A stretch of DNA of 64,000 bases, taken from NCBI GenBank assembly GCA_002189035.1, contig NEEC01000008.1, positions 3,038,001 to 3,102,000 on the forward strand. Direction: 5' to 3'. The DNA is from Utricularia gibba. Lineage: Eukaryota > Plantae > Magnoliophyta. The notes beneath the pieces are model-generated. The model saw only the letters and a list, made by a program, of their open reading frames with translations, had not been told where the DNA came from and made no database searches. Below, piece after piece: positions 1-12,412 of this stretch. Position 1 is the stretch's first letter. The number at the start of each line of letters is the position of its first letter. The translations under genes were made by a program, and so were the position numbers.

Positions 1-2010
1 ATTAGACTGCAAACTGAAAATATGCGGCCCAACTGGCAGGATACGGTCTAAGATACGCGCCTTGTCCGCCGTCTGCACACGGATATTTCGCCGTGAGCGA
101 TAGGAAAAAATACCGCATATTAATAATACATTAATCATATTTCAAATACCCTAATTCCTACACAAACGCGTCGCGTGTCGCCGTTTTCTAAGAATGTGTA
201 ATAAATAAGTCACACGTTTTTTTTTTCCAAAAACAGAATAAATGAGAAGAAGACTGTCTCTTCCATTCCGCCAATCACATGACCGTATCGCCTTACATAT
301 TTCCTTCCGTCCTTCTTTGTACCAACAATAAATAAAATCGTGATTTATTTCAAGGATAAAATCTTGTGAAAAGACACGTGTCAGTCACACAATCCGTTTC
401 GTAGAACTACAAAAACACCTTATTTTAATTCGAAAATAATTTAAATAAAAAGCCAAAGATAATCTCGTGACAAGACATTTGACGAGATCTAACCATCTGT
501 TCTCCTGACGCACGTTTGTCGGATTTATCATCACTTCGATTGCGTTAATAGTTTTTTTTTACCACGGTCACGTGCCGTAAATGGGAAAAATCTGCCCTTC
601 AGATTCTTGTAGTATTCCAACCGGGTTTCCCGATAAAACCGGTCCTGGCTATGGATCCAGCTTTGACAGGTTGAAAGAACCCGGTTCATCATGTACAAGA
701 AGCATCATTGTGTTCAAATCGTTATAAGCAAAATAAGAAAACAGAATGCGAGAAATAAAATACTAAATTGTTGGGAGGGGGTAACCATACCCCATACGAG
801 ACATGGGGAATTTCATTGGGTAGTCTACTTTTCTGCTGAACTCTTGAAAGTGAATGTAAATTTGTAAAGATTAGATATTTTAATTAAATAATATCGTACA
901 ATAAAAAAATGAATTGGCACATTTGATATCATAATCTAATTCGAGTCTAAAATCGATAATGGAGCAAAATTCAATGAGTATGTTGAGTTTTTAAATAAAC
1001 ATCAGGATCGAATACAAGGAATTATAAAGAATTATTAAACGAATACCACATCGATTGTGAATGAAATAGATATATTTTATATAGACATATTATCTAAACT
1101 TTCATAAAACCTTTTTCTATGAAGTAGATAATTTAAATTTATAAGTATTAAGTATACGAAATATACAATATTATGCAATGCGATGATGAATCATTATATT
1201 TGATATTAGAGTCAAAATTAACCACCTAATAGATAAAGTTAGTCAAATTCCACATATGAAGGATTGAATAATTCAAGATATATTATTAATTAAATTATGA
1301 TATGTGTATATTAATTAACCACTCATCCGTTCTCATTCAAACCTTCCATATACCCAACCAGAGTGCGGCGGTTCACCGCCCTACTTACCCATAGAAGTGG
1401 AAAGAAGGAGCCCTACGGGGAGCATTTACCGGTTAACGCTCTGGGTCCGACTTTCTGGTTTGGAGTCATTGACTTCTACACCTAACGTGATTTGAAATCA
1501 GATCGCATCGCCCACCCAAATAACCCGCCATTCCGATCACAAACACGGCGATTCCGATGGATCCCCACGGCGCCCACTTCCCGGAAACTCACCCGCAGAG
1601 CCAGGCTGCAGCTGGTGCAGGATGAGGCTCCAGCAGTAGCCTCCTTTTTTAATCCCTCCTCGTAAACAATGGCGTAGTTAGGCGCTGAATGATCAATAAT
1701 TAATCAATAATCAAATGCAAAGGCGGTGATTAGTCCAAGTCGGCACTCTCATCGGGACACGGGTAGCCCCCAAAGTCAAACTTCCCTGAATCAGAACTCG
1801 TCCAGAAAGGCTGTGCGCTTCCACTCTCTTTTTATTACATGTACGCTTGTTAAAAGAGGCGGTCAAAGGGTAGCCATGGGGTCGGGCTAGGTGGGTGTAA
1901 TTCCGTTTTTATCCCTGGTAGATTGTCGGGATGCCACTAATCTTAAGGGTAAAACGGTAAGAGCATATTAATTAAAAATTTTAAATAAATGAAAATGGGA
2001 AGATGAAAGT

Positions 2011-2026
2011 GGGGGGGGGGGGGGGG
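2011..2026 (+). repeat. G16 homopolymer upstream of the PP2C gene
   Basis: 16 consecutive G at 2011-2026, 450 bp upstream of the ATG at 2476. Confidence 0.9.
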
Positions 2027-2475
2027 TAAGCGTTTTGACCTTTTGGGCTCCTACTACGAGGAATTTTGGATGTTTATGCTTCTAGGTCGTCCAAATTTCT
2101 GTGTTTTATTTATTTTAGTATTTTGTAAAAAAAAAAATGAAAATTGGAATATAATAATGCAATTTATTGAATTTAAAAAAAAGACAGGTGATTATGATAA
2201 TTGTACCGGTCAACTCCCGCAATAGTCCACCGGAGGCAGTAGGTTTCGTATCCGGTTTACATTGCGAAACTCAATATGTTAACAATGTGGACCCCACTTC
2301 TCCCCACCCACACAAAAGTCAACTCTTTCATTTATTTCTCCTCAGCTTCCGCGGTTGCTTTAGCTCTTTCTTGGAAAAATCCTCTGCGGCGTTCTGGTTC
2401 TACGATTCTATGGCGATTTTGGATCCCAGGGTGTGAGTTTCTTGATTTTTTGGTGTCTGGGTTCCTATCAGGAGA

Positions 2476-4444
2476 ATGGGAAACGGGCTACGGAAGCTGA
2501 GCTTCTGTCTCGCCGGGGATGCGGGGGAGATTTCGAGGCGGAGGAGCGACGTGAACGTGGGGTTTTCGGATGAAGGTTTTGGTCACTCGTTCTGCTACAT
2601 ACCACCGGAACCGCCGCGAAGACCGGCTAAATCAGAGGTTTCCACAACCACCGCTGCACATAAGACTCCCCCCTACCGTACGATATCCGGCGCCGCATTA
2701 TCTGCTAACACGTTCACGCATCTGTCCACCGACGCCTACGCTTCTTACCCGTCGCTTGACAAAGCTTCCGCGTTCGAGAGCTCCAGCCTTTTCAGTTCGA
2801 TTCCCCTGCAGCCGATTCCTAAAAACTCCGTGGTGAAGTCGGGTCCCATTTTGAGATCCGACCCGATTGAAGGCGGTTTCCTCTCCGGTCCGATCGAGCG
2901 GAGTTTCATCTCGGGGCCGTTGGACGAGCAGTTACAAAGGTATGTCCCCAAATCGAAAAAGAGAGCTTTTCTGAAGAATTTCAAAAGTATGAGCAGCAAG
3001 TTTAGTATCCATAGATATGAGAAAGAACAGAGCTTTTTTTCTGCGGTAAGTGGGAGTAACAGTGGCAATAGCAGCACGATTACTAGCCACAATCTGAGCA
3101 GTGAGATGAGTTTGGGTGACGATAATGATGACGTTGTGAACGAATCCGAGTCATTTGGCCAAAATTTACAGTGGGCTCAAGGTAAAGCCGGCGAAGATAG
3201 AGTTCATGTAGTTATCTCCGAGGAACATGGCTGGGTTTTTGTCGGTATTTACGATGGATTCAACGGCCCAGATGCAACTGATTTCCTGCTAAACAACCTT
3301 TACTCCAATGTTTACAAGGAACTGAGAGGCCTACTGTGGAGCGAAAGCTGTGAACTCACCCCTGTTGTTAATCATTCTGGCATTCTGAAAGCATTGTCCG
3401 AAGCGCTACGAAAGACTGAAGCCTCCTTTCTTGAGATGGCGGATTTGATGCTGATGGAGAATCCCGAATTGGCTTTGATGGGCTCTTGTGTTCTTGTCAT
3501 GGTGATGAAAGGGCTAGATGTTTATCTGATGAATGTGGGCGATAGTCGGGCGGTTCTGGCGCAGAAGATCGATAACCATTCCGAGATGATGAGAAGGAGC
3601 TACGAAGACTCTCTCTATGGCTACGAGTACGAGAATGTCCACAGCATGCGCTCTTGTCAGCTGACCACCGATCACACTACTAGTGCTAAAGAGGTACTCT
3701 AATGCTGCTTACTGTACTACCCTTCTGCCTTATTCCACAGTAAACTGCAATTGCTGCTTCACTGTGCTTCAGGAAGTCAGACGGATAAGAAATGCACACC
3801 CTGAAGATGCTCTGGCTGTGACGAACGATCGTGTCAAGGGATCCCTGAAGGTCACCAGGGCTTTTGGAGCAGGCTTTCTCAAGCAGGTTTGCCATTAAAA
3901 ACGATACACTGCTTGTTTTCTGCTGCATTCCTTGTGAATGTAAGTTGGTAGTGATTGTGCTTAAACCACGATGCAGCCAAAGTGGAACAACGCGCTTCTC
4001 GAGATGTTCAGAATAGACTACATTGGGAACTCACCGTACATCACATGCTCGCCATGGCTCTTCCATCACACTCTCAAGCCAGAGGATAAGTTCCTGATCC
4101 TGTCATCCGATGGGTTGTACCAATACTTCACAAACCAGGAGGCTGTTTCCGAGGTCGAAATGTTCATGTCGACGTTCCCGGAGGGCGATCCTGCACAGCA
4201 TCTCGTCGAGGAGGTGCTGTTTCGTGCTGCCAAGAAAGCTGGTTAGTGTTTTTAATGGAGAAAGCTCCCTCTTTTACTCTCTGTAAATGCTTCAAGGGAG
4301 AACCATTTTTGAATTGGGGTTTCTGCAGGTATGGATTTTCATGAGCTGCTTGATATCCCACAAGGCGATCGGAGAAGGTACCACGACGACGTTTCCATTA
4401 TCATTCTTTCTTTCGAGGGAAGAATATGGCGGTCTTCTGTATGA
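2476..4444 (+). CDS. PLL: Protein phosphatase 2C, POLTERGEIST-like (PLL) clade, 570 aa
   Basis: Exons 2476-3693, 3773-3886, 3977-4241, 4329-4444, all GT-AG, total 1713 nt in frame. Motifs: N-terminal MGNGL (myristoylation-type), [77 protein letters not shown]. Confidence 0.95.
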
Positions 4445-5767
4445 CAAGCCGATGCGATGCATAGAAGATTCAAATTCATGTACAGGAAACAAAAAAAAAA
4501 AAAAAGCAATTTTACCCAAAGCATCAAGTTCGAATTTTTTTCCATCATATCAGCTTATGAACCTCTGTATTCCGGCTGCGAGATTCCACAAAAAGGGTCG
4601 ACACAAGAACATAAGCAGTTGACCGGAAAATATCGAGTTCCCATAAAAAGGCAGGTGCTGCTGTCTGTGAAATCAGAGTACAGAGCCAAGAAGAAAAAGG
4701 CAGCAGCAGCAGCAGCTCCTGCTGTTTCGTCTTGTTTTACCTGCGATCAACAAGAATACAAGCACGGCGGAGATGGCAGTGGTGCAAGTAGGTAAAGCCG
4801 GTGGTTTGAATGGTAACCAACCCGGTGGACGTTGATGGCCAGATAAACAGAAACAGGTGTACTGTCAATTGACCATACAAAAGAAAAGAAAACAATGGTT
4901 CACCCACAATTCGTTTGACCATTAGACAGAAGAGAATCGTCATCCACAGAGCTAGCAACAATGACAGCAGCCATGACTCTACCCAGTCATCATAACTTCA
5001 AGCAGCACAACAATTACAGGCAACTAAAGGGATCCGATCAGACACTGGGGTGACACCTTTTGTAGCTTCGAGCACCATCGGAATCCATAGAAATGAGCAG
5101 CTTTTCCTTCATTTTGACTACCCAACTGATGTTTACTCCATTATTGTTGGATGGAGGACCTAGACACTGCCCCTTCCAATTTCAATCCTACACAGAAGGC
5201 TCTAAAACAGACAGTCTGTGTAAGAAAAAGACAGTGGGAGCCCCTCTAATCCAACTACCGTTAAAAACAAATGAACTCACGCCGTACAGTGGAATGAATA
5301 TCCTATGCCACGTTTCATTAAAGAAAGAAGAAAAAAACTTCCAACATTTATTTATTTATTTGTTTATCTGGAAACACAATGAAACAAGAAGACGTGTATC
5401 ATACTCCTCTGGCGCCGATGGGATGCGCCAAGCCGATAACAAAGATGTGATGAACATCGGATCCTTCGCCAGGGGCCTATTGAAGAGCCCCCGTATTTAT
5501 TGCACCTCTCAGAAGCCTCTCCTGTCAGTTCTCTGCTCTTTTTCTTCTGCTCCTGCCCTCTGATCTGTTCCCACTCTCTCTTCTCGCGATCGATTCCGCA
5601 CACTTTTTTACCTTACGGGCTTTCGAGGTTTCCCCCCATTGGTGTATGCTGCAAATTCCTCTATTTCGATCACTGAGATTCTGCGGAGGTTGTGATGGTG
5701 GGTGGTGTGATGTGGGGGTGCTGAAATAGTCGGCCCCTTTTCGTGGGTTTTGGGGAGGAGGAGGAGG

Positions 5768-6169
5768 ATGTCGGTCACCGGAGTCCCGGAAGGTCTATCC
5801 GGTGATAGCGATCGGGGTAAAACCGATGATCCGGCCCCGGGTTCGGTTCCGGATTCCCCCGAACCGGAGGCTGGATCAGGGAGTGAATCGGAGAAGGTCG
5901 TGGTGGGATCGGAGATTGAGGAGGAGGAGGATGACGGGTTCAAGACACCCACCTCGGAGGATCACAAGATACCGGTTCCGACGGAGTGTCCTCCCGCGCC
6001 AAGGAAACGCTGGATAAGGACCGATATAAGTGGGAGGGGTGTCACCCCCCGATTCGAAGATGTAACCGTCGAGGCGGAGTCCGTATACCAATCCACCGAC
6101 GACAGTGATCGGGATAGTGCGGAGTCCCTGGAGGAGCCGGACAGAAAGCGAGCTCGAAGACAACCATGA
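5768..6169 (+). CDS. SMR: SIAMESE-related (SMR) cyclin-dependent kinase inhibitor, 133 aa, intronless
   Basis: First ATG at 5768 within ORF 5750-6169. Contains GFKTPTSEDHKIP and CPPAPRK, the hallmark SIM/SMR motifs, and a basic C-terminus (RKRARR). Confidence 0.88.
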   Translation: MSVTGVPEGLSGDSDRGKTDDPAPGSVPDSPEPEAGSGSESEKVVVGSEIEEEEDDGFKTPTSEDHKIPVPTECPPAPRKRWIRTDISGRGVTPRFEDVTVEAESVYQSTDDSDRDSAESLEEPDRKRARRQP

Positions 6170-7112
6170 CGTGTCATGACCGGTCGGCCGGAATACTTTT
6201 TTCCATTTACTTCTTTTAAGTATTCATACAACTTCACAACATGGTATTGTTTGTTTAGTGACCCTCTTCGATATACGACCAATTCAGGATTATAAACTAT
6301 TTAATAAAAATTTTTACTTTCAATATATAATTCAATTTAAAAATGATTCACAATGGAAAAAATGAAATTTCGATTTAAACCTACTATACATGTTTAGATG
6401 ATTTAAAGCATAATATCAAATACATTTCATTACATATGAATTGCTTATAGAACCGATCAAGTGGATGTATTTAAATAAATGAATCAATCTAATTTTATAT
6501 GAAACTTTTTTCATGATAACAGATGAATATAAGAACCGTGATAATTAACTATGTAAAATGAACAATACTACACAAGTGAGTAATGACATTTGAATTAAGT
6601 GTGGTAAATGAGTAATGAATTTCATTCTTTTCTATGGATGGAGGTAGTTTGAAAACTCAAGGGAGGGACCATCTCTTAGGCTGGAATGAGGTAGGTTTGG
6701 AGGAGTTGGACCATTAAGAATCAACTGTAACCCCAAATGTGTTAGCTGCCGCATAATTAGGTGGGGTTCAACCGAAAGGGAGAGGAGAGGTAGTGAGGTC
6801 GACCTACAATGCGATTGCGGGTACACCATCCCCATCAAGAAGGTTGGACTGGATCATCTACGAGATGAATGTGCAGCAGTCCCGGATTATCAAAATGTGA
6901 ACTTTACCAGGAATTCAATGTGTACAGGAGAACCAAGGGACAGGAAGTGATGATAGAGAATGGTGTTCTGTGTTCAGGGGAGTGATATCAGAAGCTGAAT
7001 TGGAATTAGTCTCCTTTACAAGTAGCATGTGAGTTGGGTTTACAGGAACGATGGCTTCAGTGTGTAAGAGTTTCTTAGCATCAGGATGCATTCCTGTCAT
7101 TCCAGCTTACCA

Positions 7113-8452
7113 TCATCTCGGTTGCGTTCTGGAGCAATCACACCGGAGCTCCGGCCTACCGCAGCAAGCTGTGGATCTTGCTGCTGCATTCATCAGATCG
7201 AGAGTCACCACAGGACTTAACTCCAACGGGGTTTCAGTCCTTGCAATCACACCAGAGCTCCGGGATATTGTGCTTTGACAAAAGGGGCAGGCTGGAATGT
7301 TGGTGAGTTGCTGCAAGGTAGACAGAGATGTTACATGCGATAAGCATACATCTGATGACCACAGTTTGTGCATATCTGTTTGAAGCAAATGCAGTATCTC
7401 AGTTTCCCCTGCGTGTCGAAACATTCATCAATTTCATATGATGACCAGCAGATAGATGTAGCTTTCAAGGTTCTGCGCGCTCCGATGAACTCAGATTCAG
7501 GTTCAAGCGAACATGAAGCGATCATTGCTTCACGAATGAAAGTAAATGTTGATGGCCATGTTAAAGGCTAAGGAGCTAGAGGATCCAGCAGGGCAGCGCC
7601 GGCTGTGTTTTTATGTTTGGCATCAACCATGTACGGAATTCTTCTGCGAGGCAGGGACTCAAGGTTGAGAATGATCTAAGCTTTACAATAAAACAAAAGA
7701 ACGCACAAACCAAAATAATAAAAGAAAGCAGTGCTGTAATTTACCAAAAGCATCCTTTTGGCATGAATTGTAATTAAAGAGGGCATCTGTAGCCAGAGGA
7801 ATGAAGTTGCAGGTGATTGGCACGCCATGTAAACAAGTTCTTCCATGTAATGTATAAAACAAAAGAATCTGAAAGAATATCACCAATAAATAAAACATTC
7901 CATTCATTTGCATATACAAAGAAGCATGTAGAAAGACAAATGATACGCACATCAGGGTCCAGCTTGAAGCAGCTTTTCAGCACAAGCAACCCTTATTCCA
8001 TGGACAGCAGCCAACATCAACAGAGTCTTTTCACAATCGAGAAAAAAGCACAAGTCATCAAAATATAATGAAGTTGAAAAGACAACACTTCGAATAAAAG
8101 GAACCTGCATTTTGATAATAAAAAAGCACACGGAAGGGCATAAAAACAAAAGGGAGTCCCCGCAAACCTACTTATGCCGATTCACTACATCTGGGCTTCG
8201 ATTCCGCTCTAGAACCATACAAAGAAGCTAATAATACAAAAAGCCGCCATCATTAGTGCAAAAAAAAGACCACTTCATGAACTTCCAAAACGAAAAAGAA
8301 GGCAATGCAAGAGAATGTTCAACTAGATCGGACAAAACCCACCTCTATCAAATCAAACCAATTGCCGTAGCAACGTCAAGAAGAATCACTTCGAACAAAC
8401 TTCTGCTATTGCTTGAACTGCATCGAAGTGTTCATCTGTTGGTGACCCCCAT
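7113..8452 (-). pseudogene. XBAT31: Decayed ankyrin-repeat RING E3 ligase (XBAT31/XB3-like)
   Basis: Fragments in the expected order on the minus strand: KTLLMLAAVHGIRVACAEKLLQAG (ankyrin), GRTCLH, AALLDPLAP*PLTWPSTFTFIRE (in-frame TAG at 7568-7570), YCICFKQICTNCGHQM then a stop, and PACPFCQSTISR in another frame. Boundaries approximate. Confidence 0.8.
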
Positions 8453-9562
8453 TTCTGCAAATTCCCGCCTTTAAGCGCCTCCCACCACGCGGTGATGCAA
8501 CAGTGGGGAAGCGGAATTGAAGTAATTTGGTAGAAAAAGACGACCGGAAAAAAAAAAAAAACCAAACAGCCTCGTGAATCGTGATTTTGAATTAATTTGG
8601 TTACGCGGCCACTTGGGCCTGGCTCTATCCACCATTATATATGGGCGTAGACCCAATCAATTGTGAGTGAGGCCCAGTAGACAGGAGCAGCTCTCTCACG
8701 AATCAATGCCGTTCATTTTGTTGTGCTACGATCCGGCCGCCCATTTTCCTACAAATGAAGAAACACGTCGACTTAATGAAGAAGGAAACCGACAAGTCGC
8801 GGTTGTAAGAAACAACGCTTTTGTCGTGAAAGACTTTTCAATTTCAAAAAAGGGCATGTGTGATGATTAGTCCAACCCGAATAGATGCTTCTCTTACTAC
8901 TCACACATACAATTCTAACCCAATCCATAATTTCAATTAACAAAGTATTATGGTTGTTGTGCTAACTGTGTTTCGTGGTTTGTACATGACTTGAAGAATG
9001 TTTTGAAGTCGTTTAGAATAGTAGCCACCCGACTCTAATTATATGAAAATAAAAAATGATCATTCTCTATTTAAATTTTTTAAATTCATATTTTAAAATA
9101 GTATATTAATTAATTTCACTAACTTGATGTAAAAAGGATGGGGCCATTTGATGAGCGTGCAAATCAAGGGGCGGCGAGATGGCGACCCACACCATCCAAT
9201 TTGTGTGTCCGGTCCTTGTGATGCCCAATTTTGAAATGAGCACGTAACACACCACTCATCAAAAGCTAACACTTCAGGAACCATTATATTTATTTCCCAT
9301 TCCATTCCTCATACTTCGGAAAATAATATCTCGCTACTTATAAGACTCTACAATTTGAAAAATAAGAATTACGTATCTCGAATTTCTAATATCCAATATT
9401 TGGATAATCCAATAAGAGGTTGTGTATATATAATGTTTGATATATGAAAGTATAAGTTTGAGTACGTGATTGATATACGTATAACTAACATCTCTTTTTA
9501 TTTGTATATATTATTCATATATTGATAAAAAAAATATGAATAATATAATTATATAAAATTGA

Positions 9563-9586
9563 TATATATATATATATATATATATA
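9563..9586. repeat. (AT)n microsatellite
   Basis: Uninterrupted AT dinucleotide run inside an AT-rich repeat-like tract. Confidence 0.85.
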
Positions 9587-11194
9587 CTAGTTAATCAAAT
9601 ATTAATATATGAATAAATTTAAGTATAAATCCTCTATACTCTCTTATCAAGCACCTACTAAATATTCTAAAATTAAAAAAGAGTACATAATCATCTTTAC
9701 ACAAGAAAATTTTCTAGAAAATATTTCATATCTCATTTTGAATTTATCAACCAAATATATTTTTTAAAATATTTTCCTATTACAAGATTTTTCAGTGTAT
9801 AAATTTCGTGAAATCATATACACTCATAATATTTTTTTCATAAATACATTTGGGAAAAATATTTATTTCATTAATTATCCCAATATCTTTCTTCTCATGT
9901 GGTTGAAGGTTAGGTTGGATATATATACAATGAGCGGGAGGAGTTTAAGATGCCGGATGACGTAAGACAAAATAGAAAACACACACGGTGAATACATGTG
10001 TGTCTCTGTGAGTTTTTTATTTTATTTTATTATTTTTTGTATGAGTGGGTATCATCAGCTGACGCAGCTGATGGGGACCACACCTCTCCCTTCAGCCTCA
10101 CCATTCAAATCCGTACCCTAACTTTCATATTTTAATTGCCACCTTATCTTATTCATTCGCAAGGAAAAAAAAAGCGTGAGAGAGCCCACCTCTCGACCTG
10201 CACACCCAAGCACTCAATCAATTATATCGTGAAAATCCTTTACATTCTGTGATGCCCTGTCCAAGTAAGCATGTAAGTACCTTAGTCAAATCTCGTATCG
10301 ATTACGAAAATAAGAAATGATGAAATTGAATAGAATGATCTCCCAAATATTACACAAATCACTTGATAGAAATTTCAAGGTTTAACATATCTAATTGGAA
10401 ATAATTTTAATATGGATGAACTTTTGGAAAAACAAACTAAAGATAATAAAAACATAAAATCGTGAGAATTGAGAGAATACACAAAGCAAATAACAACATG
10501 CGGATTGTTACAACATTGCAGTTCATTAGAATTGTGAGCCTAATACACGCATGCAAACAGATGAATTCAAGTAGGCACGCAGATGATTTCGATCATTGGG
10601 ATGATGGGAATGTAAGTTCCTCAAGAACATAGCGAAAGATGAAGCCAGCTCTAGACCTTCATAAAGCGTAAGCATCCCATCTTCTTGCCCCCCAAGAGAA
10701 GAAGATGCATGCATGCACATGTGTGCGCACATGCGTGCTGTTGTGATGTGCTGGGGGTGAGGTTGAGATGATGAATCGATGTGGGAGCATGGAGCTTTAT
10801 TCGCTGCCGCTTTATCGGGTTGCTGGGCCTGCGCAAGCAGCCCCCTCGATTCTTGCGAAAGGCGAATGGAATTGGAATTGGAATTAGAATTGGAATGGAC
10901 GGATGGAGGATTCCACACCAGCAGCAGCAGCCAGCAGCCAGCAGCTCCCCTGCTGAGGCGAGCGAGCCTTTGTGGACCCTAACTCCAAAGCAATCCCACC
11001 TCCTCCCCCCTTTTTTGACTGCAGTGTTTTTACCAAATTTGAGCCAAATACCTGTTGTGGTAACTTGGAATTTGAATTTGAATGCCCTTCTTTTACCTCA
11101 TACCCTAAACCCTAAAATCATGACTTCCATATGGATGGATTCTCTCCCTTAAAACCTAAACCCTAACCGAGCACAACTCCAACCAAGCATACTC

Positions 11195-11540
11195 TTCGTT
11201 TGATAGTATGTTTTATTTTACATGGTAATAAATATATGTGAGATTAATTTATACTAGAATGAATAATTTTAAAAAATATTATGTAAGGAATAATTATTTA
11301 TCATTTGTGTAATAAAGGGTTTATAATTGAATTTATGTAAATTACATTAATACCCCTAATTAATTATTCATTATGTGATTCAAAAAGGGTAATATTGTAT
11401 ATTAATATCATGAGATTAACTAGACTCATCTCATATATGATGAATAAAGAGTTAAATAAGATTATTGATGGTATATCTAATTCATAGTGAAACGTATGAT
11501 TAAGATACGTTTGACAATCTTTCATATTCTATCAAACGAG
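11195..11540. mobile_element. MITE-like element, Tourist-like terminal inverted repeats
   Basis: Left end TTCGTTTGATAG (11195-11206) and right end CTATCAAACGAG (11529-11540) match at 11/12 as inverted repeats; AT-rich non-coding interior. TSD not resolved. Confidence 0.55.
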
Positions 11541-12282
11541 CTCATGAGTGAGCATATGATGTGCAATATTGAATAAACAATCTTCTAAACAATTTCGTAT
11601 TCGATATTCGATATCGTAAAATTCTCGACTTAGGTATTAGTATCTAATTTGTCGAATAATTCGATATTAGGGTATTGCTTGGATGTAATACCGAAGGGTC
11701 ATCCGTGACATATCAAGTGGTTATATAATACTACCACTTTTTCCCTCAAAAGTGATGTTTCTATTAGAAACGCAAGCTCTGTCGTGCCTGTCGTTCCACC
11801 GTGGAATGCACTCGCCAACGTGGTGACGTGCAGAAATTAAAAATTAATAATAAAAAATTGTCCCCCTTCAATTTTCCTTTAAAAAAGCATATAATTATTT
11901 ATTAATTCAGTTTTATGACACGATAGTTACACAAAATAATCCTTTTATAGAAAAAAGCTGATTTTGGAGGTATTTGATGCGTATATTGTCCAAACATATG
12001 ACGCTAAACTAAAGTGGAAATTGTTGCGTTTAGGACGTGAGGTACGCTTCTAAAGTAGTGATGTGTACGAGTACTATAATTCTTGACCACAAACATGGTT
12101 GATGGGTAGATTCGATAATTTTCCATTATATTTTAAAATATTAAAAATAAAATTATTGTTTCAATGAATTAAACCAATTCTATGATTTATTTATGGATTT
12201 GATATGAATCGAATTTAACTACGAATGAAACTATGATTTTAAATCATTGTGCCCAAGAATGGTACTAGGTGATACATATTTG

Positions 12283-12412
12283 AGATCGTTTGATAATAGT
12301 ATATTAGTGTGTTTAAGTATATTGTAATTGGATATATATATATATCAATTGTATATAAAATTTGATATTCAAGAATAAAAATTTAAATATGTGAATGATA
12401 TAAATATAATTA
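12283..12412 (+). repeat. Dispersed AT-rich repeat family A, partial copy
   Basis: Sequence (cgtttgataatag...tgtttaagtatat...gatatatatatat...attgtatataa..tttgatatt...aaaaatttaaatat) aligns by eye to the reverse complement of about 27740-27870 and to about 39865-39960. Confidence 0.6.

Noticed and set aside
4920-5000. C/D box snoRNA (ATGATGA on the minus strand)
   Set aside because: No properly spaced CTGA D box, terminal stem or recognisable rRNA guide.
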